From the NCBI GenBank assembly GCA_012521395.1, contig JAAYML010000002.1, forward strand, positions 498-64,497: 64,000 nt of DNA. The letters run 5' to 3'. Origin of the DNA: Candidatus Epulonipiscium sp. GTDB taxonomy: Bacteria; Bacillota; Clostridia; Lachnospirales; Defluviitaleaceae. Under the pieces are notes generated by a model, which had not been told where the DNA came from, searched no databases, and saw nothing but the letters and a program-made list of their open reading frames with translations. The position numbers and the translations under genes were made by a program. Shown here piece by piece: positions 40,656 through 50,714 of the stretch; within the stretch, counting starts at the first letter, position 1; each line of letters begins with the position of its first letter.

Positions 40656-42296
40656 TCACTCCCATTCTTCGCTTAGCCAATTGCGTAAAAGACTTGCAAC
40701 TGCTTCAGGTTTTTCGTCAACAAATTTATCAATTTGTTTCTTGATCTCAGATTCTTCATTATATTCAATGGGTTCAAGTTCTTCTGAACGAACTTGTGAG
40801 CTTTCAAGCATTGCTTCTACAGACAATTCAGGTTCTATTTCTGTAACTTCTATAGGCTCTGCTTTTCTAATTAAAGCATAAGCTAACAATGCAATCAGAA
40901 CAAATAAAATACCCAATAAAACATATTCATGATAAGGCCTTGGTGTAATGGTCTTATCTATAAAAACAGGAACCTCATATCCAAGAATCTCAACATTGTT
41001 TACATTTAAACCCGATGCATTTGCCACCAAACTACGTAATTGCGGATATTCATTTTCAATATCAATGATGGAAGGGGTCGATTTAATACGATACTTAAAT
41101 TCTTCCCAACTTTCTCCATCCTGCATTGAATTTGCATTATTTGAACCACGATTGCTTTCTAATTGCTCCTGATCGTAAATTTTATCCCGTAATACAACAA
41201 CCGAAATATTCGATTCATCTGCTATTACAGAACCGATACTTTTTTCTAATTCAGTATATTTTTTGTCTAGTTCATACTTTATTTCACTTTGGTTTTCTTT
41301 AGCTTCATAAGCGTTTTCGGCACCCATAACATATTGTGGAACATCAAGATCATTAGCCGCTAAGCCTGGTTCTTCTCCTGAAGCACCACCAGTTGCTTTG
41401 CGCGAAGAAGTGTTTTCATAAGAAATAACGCCTTTATTTGATCCTTCTATAGGAGAGCTGACTAATTCTTGTTTTTCCCTATACTTATCAAAATCTAATA
41501 CCAAATTGGGAGTTACCCGCACATCATCAAATAAAGGACCCAGAATTGAAAGTACTTTTCTTTCAATTTCTCTTTCTGCAGCAAGTTTAACTTCCTGCTG
41601 TTCATCCATATTAACACCTGCTGTTTCAGCATCAGCAAGATATAAGATGTTACCTCTGTTATCAATAATCCTTACATTTTTTACATCTAAATTTTTAACG
41701 CTTCCTGCAACATAATGAGCAATTCCTAAAACTTGCTTTTTGCTTAATTCCTTTTTAAGAGTCAACTTAACACTTGCACTTGCTTCCTGATTAGCCGCTA
41801 TGAAAAAATTATCATCATTTGGTATAACTAAATGCACATTGGCCGCCTCAACACCTTCAATAGTAGCAATTTCCTTTGCTAACCTCTCTTGTTCAGCTTC
41901 TTTTAACTTGGCTTTTTTTTCCGTTTCCGTTGTTCCCATACCATTATCAAGTGCATCTTCAAAAGTAAAACCACTATCTGGGATTTGCTCCATAGCCAAT
42001 TCCATTTTGGCTTTAGCATAGTCTTCTTTTTTTACTTCAATGGATGTTCCATCTTCATTGGTTTTATTATAAATATTGGCCGCATCTAATACTTCTTTAA
42101 TTTCTGCAGCTTGCTCATAAGTAAGATCTTCATTAAATAATCTTACCATTTTCGGTCTGCTGGTAATAAAAATAGCAACAGCCAAAGAAAAAACAATACA
42201 TACAGCTATGAGCCCTAACCTAATTTTTTGTCCTTTATTGAATTTATTCCAATATTCTGTAATCTGCTCTGAAATCTTCGAAAAAGTTTCCTGCAT
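40656..42296 (-). CDS. fliF: flagellar MS-ring protein FliF
   Basis: 546 aa. N- and C-terminal TM helices flank a large periplasmic region. C-terminal acidic FliG-binding tail. Confidence 0.93.
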   Translation of the reverse strand: MQETFSKISEQITEYWNKFNKGQKIRLGLIAVCIVFSLAVAIFITSRPKMVRLFNEDLTYEQAAEIKEVLDAANIYNKTNEDGTSIEVKKEDYAKAKMELAMEQIPDSGFTFEDALDNGMGTTETEKKAKLKEAEQERLAKEIATIEGVEAANVHLVIPNDDNFFIAANQEASASVKLTLKKELSKKQVLGIAHYVAGSVKNLDVKNVRIIDNRGNILYLADAETAGVNMDEQQEVKLAAEREIERKVLSILGPLFDDVRVTPNLVLDFDKYREKQELVSSPIEGSNKGVISYENTSSRKATGGASGEEPGLAANDLDVPQYVMGAENAYEAKENQSEIKYELDKKYTELEKSIGSVIADESNISVVVLRDKIYDQEQLESNRGSNNANSMQDGESWEEFKYRIKSTPSIIDIENEYPQLRSLVANASGLNVNNVEILGYEVPVFIDKTITPRPYHEYVLLGILFVLIALLAYALIRKAEPIEVTEIEPELSVEAMLESSQVRSEELEPIEYNEESEIKKQIDKFVDEKPEAVASLLRNWLSEEWE

Positions 42297-42348
42297 TCAT
42301 TCACCTCATTTCTGTACAAAATCAGTATTATACGCTTATAACTTAACA

Positions 42349-42669
42349 TTATAAATTGATCCGCATGATGTCATTATAAGCTTCTAATACTTTATTGGTG
42401 ATTTGTACAGTAAATTGAAGTGCTACATTTGCTTTTTCCTGTGCAATCATGACATTGTGTATATTATCCGTTTTACCGGTTACAAAATCTAAAGTAATTT
42501 GCTCTGCATCTTTTTGAAGAGAATTGGTAGTATTAATTAAGCCTAACGCTGCTTTATAAAAATCTTCAAAAACAAGGGCTTCTCTATTAACTTTAGTAGT
42601 ATGATTATCGAAATTATTATCTAAATTTAAGGAATTAATAAAATTCCGACCTTCAACCTTCATGTACAT
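42349..42669 (-). CDS. fliE: flagellar hook-basal body protein FliE
   Basis: 106 aa. C-terminal VMIAQEKANVALQFTVQITNKVLEAYNDIMRI is typical FliE. Confidence 0.88.
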   Translation of the reverse strand: MYMKVEGRNFINSLNLDNNFDNHTTKVNREALVFEDFYKAALGLINTTNSLQKDAEQITLDFVTGKTDNIHNVMIAQEKANVALQFTVQITNKVLEAYNDIMRINL

Positions 42670-42687
42670 CCTCCTAAATCAGATAAA

Positions 42688-43128
42688 TTAACGACCAATT
42701 TCCAATGCTTTCAACGCCATACTTTTATTGGTATTGATAGCTGTAACATTAGCTTCATAGGAGCGGTTAGCAGAAATCATATTTACCATTTCTTCAATAA
42801 TATTAACATTAGGCATGCGAACATATCCGTTTTCATCTGCATCAGGATGTTCAGGGTCGTATACCATTTGAAAATCACTATTATCCTCTACGATTGCTGA
42901 AACCCGTACCCCAGAACTACTATATTGTTCCATGCTCTTTTTTAAAAGCTTACTGAAAGGCAGTTGCTCTTTTTTTTCTTCAAATAAAACCGTTTTTCTT
43001 CTATATGGTTCTCCATTTTCTGTGCGGGTCGTATTGATATTAGCAATGTTCTGAGAAATGATATCCATTCTTAATCTTTGAGCTGTTAAACCACTGGCAC
43101 TGACATCCATTGCCCTGAAAAATGACAT
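42688..43128 (-). CDS. flgC: flagellar basal-body rod protein FlgC
   Basis: MSFFRAMDVSASGLTAQRLRMDIISQNIANINTTRT. I prefer ATG 43128 over the track's GTG 43137. Confidence 0.93.
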   Translation of the reverse strand: MSFFRAMDVSASGLTAQRLRMDIISQNIANINTTRTENGEPYRRKTVLFEEKKEQLPFSKLLKKSMEQYSSSGVRVSAIVEDNSDFQMVYDPEHPDADENGYVRMPNVNIIEEMVNMISANRSYEANVTAINTNKSMALKALEIGR

Positions 43129-43139
43129 CGACCTCACCC

Positions 43140-43511
43140 CTATCTAATATTGTTTAACACAATGTTAATTCTTTTAAACTCATGAGATACCTGACTTATT
43201 AAAGTGTTGTATCTGATGCTGTTTTTGGCCATCTCCACCATTTCTACATCAACATCTACATTGTTTCCATCCATACGTGTTTCCAAATTATCGTAATTGA
43301 CTACAATTCGGGGCTGAACTTTTTCAACATTTTTCTTATTATTTGACTTAAGAGCATCTGCTAAATACTGTTCAAATTTTACTTCTTTTTTCTTATAATT
43401 TGGTGTATCTGCATTAGCAATGTTCCCAGCGATAATTTCATTTCTCAACCACGAAGCATCCAAGGCTTTTTCTAAAATGTCAACATTAGAATTTAGCCGG
43501 CTAAACAACAT
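43140..43511 (-). CDS. flgB: flagellar basal-body rod protein FlgB
   Basis: 123 aa. LRNEIIAGNIANADTPNYKKKEV rod motif. First gene of the operon. Confidence 0.92.
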   Translation of the reverse strand: MLFSRLNSNVDILEKALDASWLRNEIIAGNIANADTPNYKKKEVKFEQYLADALKSNNKKNVEKVQPRIVVNYDNLETRMDGNNVDVDVEMVEMAKNSIRYNTLISQVSHEFKRINIVLNNIR

Positions 43512-43814
43512 TATTAACCCTCCTATGCTTTAATTAATCATAATTATATAACAAAAAACCACACATTAATATAATTTTTTTTCAATCTTCCATTAATTAA
43601 ATAATTATTCGACTTTAATATCATTATATACATTAAATAATAAAAGAGCAACAAAATCATATTGAGAAATTTGTCCCATTTGCTTATTTTTTTCCCATAT
43701 TATTATAATTTTTTTTAATATCAATTTAAATCAATAAAAATAATATAATAATTAATATTGTTAATAATTTCTATAATTTAGTATTATGTTAATTGATTAA
43801 TAGCTAAAATACAC

Positions 43815-43840
43815 AAAAAAAAAGTGGCAAGCCACTTTTT
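43815..43840 (-). terminator. rho-independent terminator after codY
   Basis: Minus-strand RNA AAAAGUGGC-uu-GCCACUUUU followed by a U-run, directly after the codY stop. It separates codY from the flgB promoter region. Confidence 0.85.
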
Positions 43841-44616
43841 TAATGTCTTAATTTATTTAATTCATCGATTAGCGCGTCATTTAATACTTTAATGTAAGTG
43901 CCTTTCATACCTAAAGAACGAGATTCTATTACTCCGGCACTTTCGAATTTTCTAAGAGCATTCACAATAACAGATCTGGTAATTCCAACTCTGTCAGCAA
44001 TTTTACTTGCTACCAGCAAGCCTTCATTACCATCTAATTCTTCGAAAATATGAAGAATAGCTTCTAATTCTGAATAAGATAAAGTAGCAATAGCTGAATT
44101 AACAATAGCGGTTTTTCTAAGTTCCTCAGCAGATTCTTCAGTCTTGGAACGAAGAATTTCCAAACCTACTACAGTTGCACCATATTCACCAAGTATTAAA
44201 TCATCTGTACTATACTCTCCACTGTCTTTATATATTAAGAGAGTACCTAATCTTTCCCCGCCAGCACCTATTGGTATAACAGTACCTATTAAATTAGCAG
44301 GAAGTTTTTTCTCATCAGACATAGGAAAATCGCTTAAAGATATATTGTCCTGAGTTTCAATAATTCTTAATAAATAATCATTAAAACTAGTATCAACATT
44401 GCTGCCTACTTCCCCTTTGTCTGCATCAAACAATTTGTTAGAAGAATTCGAATAATCCGCCCCTAAAATTTTTCCTTTCTTACTTATGATTAGTGTGTTG
44501 GATTCTAAGACTTCACTCAGCACTTTACATATATCGTTAAAAATTACTGGCTCAACTCCAGAACGCTGCAACAAATTGTTCAACTTTCTCGTTTTTTCTA
44601 ATAATTCTACTGACAT
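43840..44616 (-). CDS. codY: GTP/BCAA-sensing pleiotropic repressor CodY
   Basis: 258 aa. GAF-like N-domain. C-terminal w[43 protein letters not shown] is highly characteristic. Confidence 0.95.
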   Translation of the reverse strand: MSVELLEKTRKLNNLLQRSGVEPVIFNDICKVLSEVLESNTLIISKKGKILGADYSNSSNKLFDADKGEVGSNVDTSFNDYLLRIIETQDNISLSDFPMSDEKKLPANLIGTVIPIGAGGERLGTLLIYKDSGEYSTDDLILGEYGATVVGLEILRSKTEESAEELRKTAIVNSAIATLSYSELEAILHIFEELDGNEGLLVASKIADRVGITRSVIVNALRKFESAGVIESRSLGMKGTYIKVLNDALIDELNKLRH

Positions 44617-44656
44617 TTTATTCCTCCTTGTTTAATCTTTATTTTCTGTCTAGTAT

Positions 44657-44671
44657 TATGTTCTAAAAATT
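44657..44671 (-). promoter_or_regulatory. candidate CodY box upstream of codY
   Basis: Minus strand AATTTTTAGAACATA matches the AATTTTCWGAAAATT consensus at 12/15 positions, about 40-55 nt upstream of the codY ATG. Confidence 0.35.
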
Positions 44672-44872
44672 CACACTTTATACTATAAAAACGATAATTT
44701 TTTTATAATAATTATTGTTGTAATTATTTTTTTTTTACTAATAATTAGTTAATTCATAAATTTATATTATTATCATAGCACTAATTATTTAAAAAAACAA
44801 TATTTTTAAAGAATCTTACTAAAAAGTTTAATTTTTTAATCATTTGCCGAATTAATAATATCATTTAGAATT

Positions 44873-44904
44873 AAAAAAAGCAATAGTTTTTAAAAAACTA
44901 TGCT
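44873..44904 (-). terminator. rho-independent terminator after topA
   Basis: Minus-strand RNA AGCAUAGUUUUU-u-AAAAACUAUUGCU (one bulge) followed by U7, about 50 nt after the topA stop. Confidence 0.7.
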
Positions 44905-44955
44905 AAAAAGTTGTCTTTTTTTGTCGATTTCTCTTAGATAGCTTTTATAAATATA

Positions 44956-47016
44956 TTATTCTATTTCTTTACTATATAAACACGCCTCATTACTGCATAT
45001 CGCTGTCTTTTTCTTTTTCCCTTTCTCTACCATATAACTGCCGCATTTAGGACATTTTTCGCCAGTTGGTTTATTCCATGACATAAATTCGCATTCTGGA
45101 TTCTTTTCACAGCCGTAATATTTTCTGCCTTTCTTTGTTTTTTTAATGATTATTTTATGACCACACAAAGGACAAGAAACACCTGCTTCTTCATATATGG
45201 GCTTGGTATTTCTGCACTCAGGAAAATTAGGACATGCAAGAAACTTACCGTAACGCCCGTATTTAATTAACATGTTCTTCCCACAGTTTTCACAAATCAC
45301 ATCAGTAACTTCATCTAAATTAATATCCCCAATTTCTTCTTCAGCAATTTTCAAGGTTTCATAAAAAGCTGGATAAAATTCTCTGATTACTTTTTTCCAG
45401 GGAATTTTTCCTCTTTCAACTTCGTCTAATTGTTCTTCCATTTGAGCCGTAAAATCTACATCAACTATATCTTGAAAGTAGGATTTAAGAATATCGATGA
45501 CAATCTCCCCTAATTCCGTCGGATAAATGACCTTATTTTCTTTTACGGCATAACCTCTGTTAAAAAGGGTGCTGATAGTAGGCGCATACGTACTTGGACG
45601 ACCTACTCCATTTTCTTCTAAAGTTTTGACTAATGTTGCCTCAGAATATCTGGCAGGTGGTTGAGTAAAATGTTGCTTTGCTTCTAAATGGTCTAATTTT
45701 AATTCCTCATCAATATTTGTGCTGAAATTCATTTCTTCTTCTTTTTCTTTTTCCTTATTATATACGATCAAAAAACCATCAAATTTAACAGATGAACCTG
45801 AACTGGTAAAAATATAATCTCCAGCACTTATTTTAATTGAAAAAGTATCATATGCGGCAGGTGCCATTTGACTGGCCATAAATCTTTGCCATATTAATTC
45901 ATAAAGCTTATATTGATCATTACTTAAAGAATTTTTTATACTTTTAGGTTCTTTATCAATATAAGTAGGTCTGATGGCTTCATGGGCATCCTGACTTTTC
46001 CCTTTATTCTTATAACTATATTCTCTTGTATTGATATATTCTTTTCCAAAATGAGTTTCTATATATTTTTTTGCCTGAGCTTTAGCTTCTTCTGAAATTC
46101 TGACAGAATCCGTACGGATATAAGTAATTAAGCCAACAGTACCTTCTCCTTCAATATCCACACCTTCATATAACTGCTGAGCAATTCTCATTGTTTTAGT
46201 GGTTGAAAACCCTAAATATTTTGAAGCTTCCTGTTGAAGAGTACTGGTTGTAAAAGGTGCTACAGGCTTTTTGATACGCTCTCCAAATTTAACTTCTTCT
46301 ATTTTAAATTTTTGCTTCTTGATTTCGCTAAGAATCTTATCCGCTTTTTCTTTTGAATCAATTTCGATTTTATTGTCTTTTAAACCATAAAATTTTGACT
46401 CAATTGCTCTTTTTTCATTGTCCAGGAATTTTGCTTCTATAGTCCAGTATTCCTCTGGAACAAAATTATTAATTTCTTCTTCTCTGTCACATATCAATCT
46501 TAAAGCAACCGACTGAACTCTACCGGCACTAAGCCCTTTTCTGATTTTTTTCCATAAAAGCGGACTGATTTTATAGCCGACAATTCTGTCTAATACTCTT
46601 CTTGCCTGTTGGGCATCTACTAAATTCATATCAATATCTCTGGCCTCTTTTATGGAGTTTTTTACAGCATTTTTTGTAATTTCGTTAAAAGTAATTCTTT
46701 TGGTTTTCGTTTCATCGAGATTAAGGGCATGCATTAAATGCCAGGATATAGCTTCTCCTTCTCTGTCCGGGTCCGTCGCGAGATATATTTTATCTGCAGT
46801 TTTAACAATTTTTCTTAACTTGCTTAAAATTTCTCCTTTCCCACGAATGGTAATATATTTAGGTTCAAAGTCTTCCTCTATATTCACGCCTAATTGACTT
46901 TTGGGCAAATCTCTAATATGACCCATCGTCGCTTCTACCTTATATGATTTCCCTAAAAATTTTTTAATTGTTTTTGCTTTAGCTGGTGATTCTACTATAA
47001 CCAGATAGCTTGCCAT
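44956..47016 (-). CDS. topA: DNA topoisomerase I
   Basis: 686 aa. Toprim N-terminus (LVIVESPAKAKTI), active-site region (GLITYIRTDS) and three C-terminal CxxC zinc ribbons. Confidence 0.96.
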   Translation of the reverse strand: MASYLVIVESPAKAKTIKKFLGKSYKVEATMGHIRDLPKSQLGVNIEEDFEPKYITIRGKGEILSKLRKIVKTADKIYLATDPDREGEAISWHLMHALNLDETKTKRITFNEITKNAVKNSIKEARDIDMNLVDAQQARRVLDRIVGYKISPLLWKKIRKGLSAGRVQSVALRLICDREEEINNFVPEEYWTIEAKFLDNEKRAIESKFYGLKDNKIEIDSKEKADKILSEIKKQKFKIEEVKFGERIKKPVAPFTTSTLQQEASKYLGFSTTKTMRIAQQLYEGVDIEGEGTVGLITYIRTDSVRISEEAKAQAKKYIETHFGKEYINTREYSYKNKGKSQDAHEAIRPTYIDKEPKSIKNSLSNDQYKLYELIWQRFMASQMAPAAYDTFSIKISAGDYIFTSSGSSVKFDGFLIVYNKEKEKEEEMNFSTNIDEELKLDHLEAKQHFTQPPARYSEATLVKTLEENGVGRPSTYAPTISTLFNRGYAVKENKVIYPTELGEIVIDILKSYFQDIVDVDFTAQMEEQLDEVERGKIPWKKVIREFYPAFYETLKIAEEEIGDINLDEVTDVICENCGKNMLIKYGRYGKFLACPNFPECRNTKPIYEEAGVSCPLCGHKIIIKKTKKGRKYYGCEKNPECEFMSWNKPTGEKCPKCGSYMVEKGKKKKTAICSNEACLYSKEIE

Positions 47017-47031
47017 ATTACCCCTCCATCA

Positions 47032-48174
47032 TTAAATTCGGATAAACTTCTTACCCGGCAACTGTTTGATTAATCCTTTTATCTCCAATAACGTAAGTAT
47101 TGCTTGCAATTTATCGATATTATACTTTGTTTTAACAGATAAATATTCCATTGATGTGGCTTCAAAACTTATACAATCATATACTATATTTTCTTCTAAT
47201 GCAAGTCCACTTATACTTTCATTTTTATATGGCTTATCTTCTTTATTATTATATTTATTATAAATATCCATATTTAATTTTATTTCTTCCAAAATATCTT
47301 CAACTTTTGTAACTAATTTTGCTCCCTGCTGAATAAGTTTATTGGTTCCTGTACTTGTACTGCTAAAGATACTTCCTGGTACAGCAAACACTTCTTTTCC
47401 TTGTTCTAAGGCCAAATCTGCAGTAATAAGAGCCCCGCTTTTTTCTCCTGCTTCTACAATAAGAACGCCTTTGCTAAGACCACTAATAATTCGGTTTCTG
47501 GCCGGGAAGAAAGAAGGAATTGCTTTTGTAGTCGGAGGGTATTCAGAAATAAGTGCTCCTGTTACTTCAATAGATTTCATCAAATTTATATTACCAGGAG
47601 GGTAACAGTTATCTAAACCATTTGCAAGAACTGCAACCGTATTCCCTCCAAATTCTAAAGCAACCTTATGCGCCTCACTGTCAATCCCATAAGCTAAACC
47701 ACTAATGATGCCAATTCCCCTTTTAACCAATTCCCTGCCCAATTCCCTTACAACATTTTTACCATATTCAGTGCAGTTTCTAGATCCCACAATGGCTATA
47801 TATCCTTTTTCAAAGGCAGGTAACTGACCTTTTACATAAATTCCTGGCGGAGGATTAGGAATGTTTCTCAGCATCACAGGATAAGCTTCATCCTGAATAG
47901 AATAAAAAAAGATATTTTTTTCTTTTAAATCGAATAAAGCTTCTATTAACCCTTCATAATTTTTTGATCTTTCCAATATATTTAATTCTTCTTCAGAAAT
48001 ATTTATCACACTTTTTATTTCATTTTTTCCCAGCTTCCAAATATTTTTTGGTGTTTTAAAATGCTTTAATAGCTGCTGGATTCTACTTTTTTTAAGACCT
48101 TTTAAATTGCTTATCCAAAACCAATAAATCGTACTCTCTAAAAGCCCTTCCACAAAATCACCTTCTGTTATCAT
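47032..48174 (-). CDS. dprA: DNA-processing protein DprA (Smf)
   Basis: 380 aa. Rossmann-like core IVGSRNCTEYG...ISGLAYGIDSEAH...GALITA. Conserved dprA-topA pairing. Confidence 0.9.
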   Translation of the reverse strand: MITEGDFVEGLLESTIYWFWISNLKGLKKSRIQQLLKHFKTPKNIWKLGKNEIKSVINISEEELNILERSKNYEGLIEALFDLKEKNIFFYSIQDEAYPVMLRNIPNPPPGIYVKGQLPAFEKGYIAIVGSRNCTEYGKNVVRELGRELVKRGIGIISGLAYGIDSEAHKVALEFGGNTVAVLANGLDNCYPPGNINLMKSIEVTGALISEYPPTTKAIPSFFPARNRIISGLSKGVLIVEAGEKSGALITADLALEQGKEVFAVPGSIFSSTSTGTNKLIQQGAKLVTKVEDILEEIKLNMDIYNKYNNKEDKPYKNESISGLALEENIVYDCISFEATSMEYLSVKTKYNIDKLQAILTLLEIKGLIKQLPGKKFIRI

Positions 48175-48335
48175 TAAATCTTACTTATTACATGATTATA
48201 ACACACCCGCTCTGTATAACTTTTTATATTTTACCACTTATTTGAATTAATTCAAGCCTCTCATCTGTTGGTTTATTAATGTAATAATGTGGAATAATAT
48301 TAATAAATTCATGTTTTAATGAAAGGAAGAACACA

Positions 48336-49865
48336 ATGCTTAGTAAAGTTAAAAGTTGCTCTTTATATGGTATTAACGGGTATCTGGTAGATGTCGAAGT
48401 TGATTTGAGTGAAGGACTTCCCGGATTTGATTTAGTGGGACTTCCCGATTCTTCTGTTCGGGAAGCAAAAGACCGGGTCCGGGCTGCAATAAAAAATTCT
48501 CAGCTTTTATTTCCTGTTAAAAGAATTACAATTAACCTTGCCCCAGCTGATACTAAAAAAGAAGGATCTGCCTTTGATCTTCCTATTGCTGTCGGAATTG
48601 TTAGTTGTAATCTTTCAATAAGCCCGGAAAAACTTGAAAAAACTATGATTGTTGGGGAGTTGTCTTTAGATGGCAGCGTGAAACCTGTTAATGGTATCTT
48701 GCCAATGGTTTATTCTGCCTATAAAAACGGACTGGAACAATGCATTGTTCCTTTTGAAAATGCTGAAGAAGGGGCAATCGTTGAAGGAATTAAGGTTATT
48801 GGCGTACATAACTTAATGGAAGCTTTAGAATATCTTTTAGGAACAAAATCCATTCCTGAAACCACTGTAAATATTCAGACACTGATGCAACAATCTTCGA
48901 ACTCAAAACTTGATTTTTCTGATGTCAAAGGACAGGCACATGTTAAAAGGGCATTAGAAATATCTGCTGCAGGCTCTCATAATTTGCTGATGATTGGACC
49001 ACCAGGATCTGGCAAAACTATGATGGCAAAAAGACTTCCTACCATTCTTCCTGACTTAACTTTTGAGGAAAGTATAGAAATAACTAAAATATATAGTGTT
49101 TCCGGCTTGCTTCCGGACAAAAAATCTTTAATTACAAACAGACCTTTCCGTTCGCCTCATCATACTGTGTCAACTTCTGCCTTAGTTGGAGGTGGGAGAA
49201 TCCCAAGACCAGGAGAAGTAAGTTTGTCCCATTATGGTGTCTTGTTTTTGGATGAACTTCCAGAATTTAACAAAAATGTATTAGAAGTACTGCGCCAGCC
49301 TTTAGAAGACAGAGAAGTAACTATATCGAGAGTTAACGCTACTTTAACTTATCCAGCCAGTTTTATGCTGGTTTGCTCGATGAACCCATGTCCATGTGGT
49401 TACTATGGGGACGAGGAAAAATGCCATTGCCAGTCTGAAACAATCAAAAAATATCTTGCAAAAATATCGGGTCCCCTTCTTGACAGGCTGGACATCCATG
49501 TTGAAGTGTCGCCTGTCAAGTACAAAGACTTAAACACAAAAGAAAAAAGTGAATCCTCAGCCAGCATCAAAAAAAGAGTCTTAAAAGCTCAAAAAATACA
49601 ACAAGAGCGCTATAAAAATGAAAATATTTATTTTAATGCACAACTAGGCGCTGCTCAAATTGAGAAATATTGTATTTTGCGAAAAGAAGAAAGAGAGTTA
49701 TTAAGAACTGCCTTTGAAAAATTGAATTTAAGCGCCAGAGCTTATCATAGAATCTTAAAAGTAGCAAGAACAATTGCCGATTTAGATGAAAAAGAAAATA
49801 TTGAACTCCAGCATCTTAGCGAGGCTATACAATATCGAAGTTTAGACAGAAAATACTGGGCATAA
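48336..49865 (+). CDS. comM: YifB/ComM family Mg-chelatase-like AAA+ ATPase
   Basis: 509 aa. Lon-protease-like N-domain (FDLPIAVGI), Walker A GPPGSGKTM, Walker B LFLDELPEF. C-terminal Mg_chelatase_C. Confidence 0.92.
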   Translation: MLSKVKSCSLYGINGYLVDVEVDLSEGLPGFDLVGLPDSSVREAKDRVRAAIKNSQLLFPVKRITINLAPADTKKEGSAFDLPIAVGIVSCNLSISPEKLEKTMIVGELSLDGSVKPVNGILPMVYSAYKNGLEQCIVPFENAEEGAIVEGIKVIGVHNLMEALEYLLGTKSIPETTVNIQTLMQQSSNSKLDFSDVKGQAHVKRALEISAAGSHNLLMIGPPGSGKTMMAKRLPTILPDLTFEESIEITKIYSVSGLLPDKKSLITNRPFRSPHHTVSTSALVGGGRIPRPGEVSLSHYGVLFLDELPEFNKNVLEVLRQPLEDREVTISRVNATLTYPASFMLVCSMNPCPCGYYGDEEKCHCQSETIKKYLAKISGPLLDRLDIHVEVSPVKYKDLNTKEKSESSASIKKRVLKAQKIQQERYKNENIYFNAQLGAAQIEKYCILRKEERELLRTAFEKLNLSARAYHRILKVARTIADLDEKENIELQHLSEAIQYRSLDRKYWA

Positions 49866-49982
49866 AATTAGGTTTAGATGTTACTGTATTAAACAAAGAA
49901 GCAGCTACGTTAACACCGAAAAAGCTTCCAAAAGTTTATGAAAAATTAATAAAAATGGGTGTAAAATAAAATAAAAATGAGT

Positions 49983-50714
49983 CTACTTTTTATTTATCAT
50001 ACTGATATTTTGGTAATGAATTTTTCTTTCATAGTCTGTTTTAAAAGTAAATTTCCGGCCTTCAGAAAGACCCTTCAGATACTCAATAGCGCTAAAAATA
50101 TCTTCTTCTTTTAAATCCAGGCTATGTCCTGCAACGATTTTTTTTGGCTTGTAATTCAAATAATTTTTTAAGCTTTTAATATATGTTTTAATATCATTAT
50201 TTTCAACATAAATAATTGGTTTTTCTAAATTATCACCTGCATATAATACCTTTTCATTATGGTCAAATAAGGAAATACTGTCTATCGTATGGCCCGGACT
50301 GTAAAAAAGCTCAATTCCTTCATCGTAAAAAATTATTTTTTCCTTAAAGGTGATGTTAGGTAATTGCTTCTCTGCCCTGCCTAAGATATATTGCCTGTTA
50401 TGCTTCATTTGCTTTTCCCATTGTTCATCAAGAAACTTTCTGCATATTTCGTGGCTTATAATATCCTTTCCGATAAAGCTGGCATTGCCCCATACATGAT
50501 CCCAGTGAAAATGGCTGTTAATCACAATTATTTCTTTATTTTTTGAAGAATGGTTAATTCGTTCTAAAACGGGTTTCATAGCATCTGAACCGCAATAAGT
50601 ATCTATCACAAAGAATTTTGAAGGGGTTTCGACAAGAAAAACATTGGTTACAAAATCTTCAATATTCTCATAAGAAAAAGCCACAGCATTGGCTGCAATC
50701 TTACGAACCTTCAT
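49983..50714 (-). CDS. MBL-fold metallo-hydrolase
   Basis: HFHWDH (HxHxDH) motif plus downstream His/Asp ligands. I prefer ATG 50714, which forms an ATGA overlap with the GNAT stop, over the track's 50744. Confidence 0.8.
   Translation of the reverse strand: MKVRKIAANAVAFSYENIEDFVTNVFLVETPSKFFVIDTYCGSDAMKPVLERINHSSKNKEIIVINSHFHWDHVWGNASFIGKDIISHEICRKFLDEQWEKQMKHNRQYILGRAEKQLPNITFKEKIIFYDEGIELFYSPGHTIDSISLFDHNEKVLYAGDNLEKPIIYVENNDIKTYIKSLKNYLNYKPKKIVAGHSLDLKEEDIFSAIEYLKGLSEGRKFTFKTDYERKIHYQNISMINKK

Noticed and set aside
43512-43839. A possible c-di-GMP (GEMM) riboswitch and/or invertible flagellar switch in the 328-nt region upstream of flgB, as described for Clostridioides difficile.
   Set aside because: The region is almost pure A/T. 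It has no GC-containing conserved cores typical of GEMM-I/II, and I saw no flanking inverted repeats of useful length. Only generic candidate sigma-A promoters are present, e.g. minus strand TTGCTC-17-TATAAT. Rfam/cmscan would be the decisive check.
49866-49970. A stop-free 34-codon frame right after comM (KLGLDVTVLNKEAATLTPKKLPKVYEKLIKMGVK*) that reads like the C-terminus of a real protein.
   Set aside because: It has no start codon or RBS, is too short to assign, and I cannot name a family. It may be a gene remnant, but I cannot support that without blastx.
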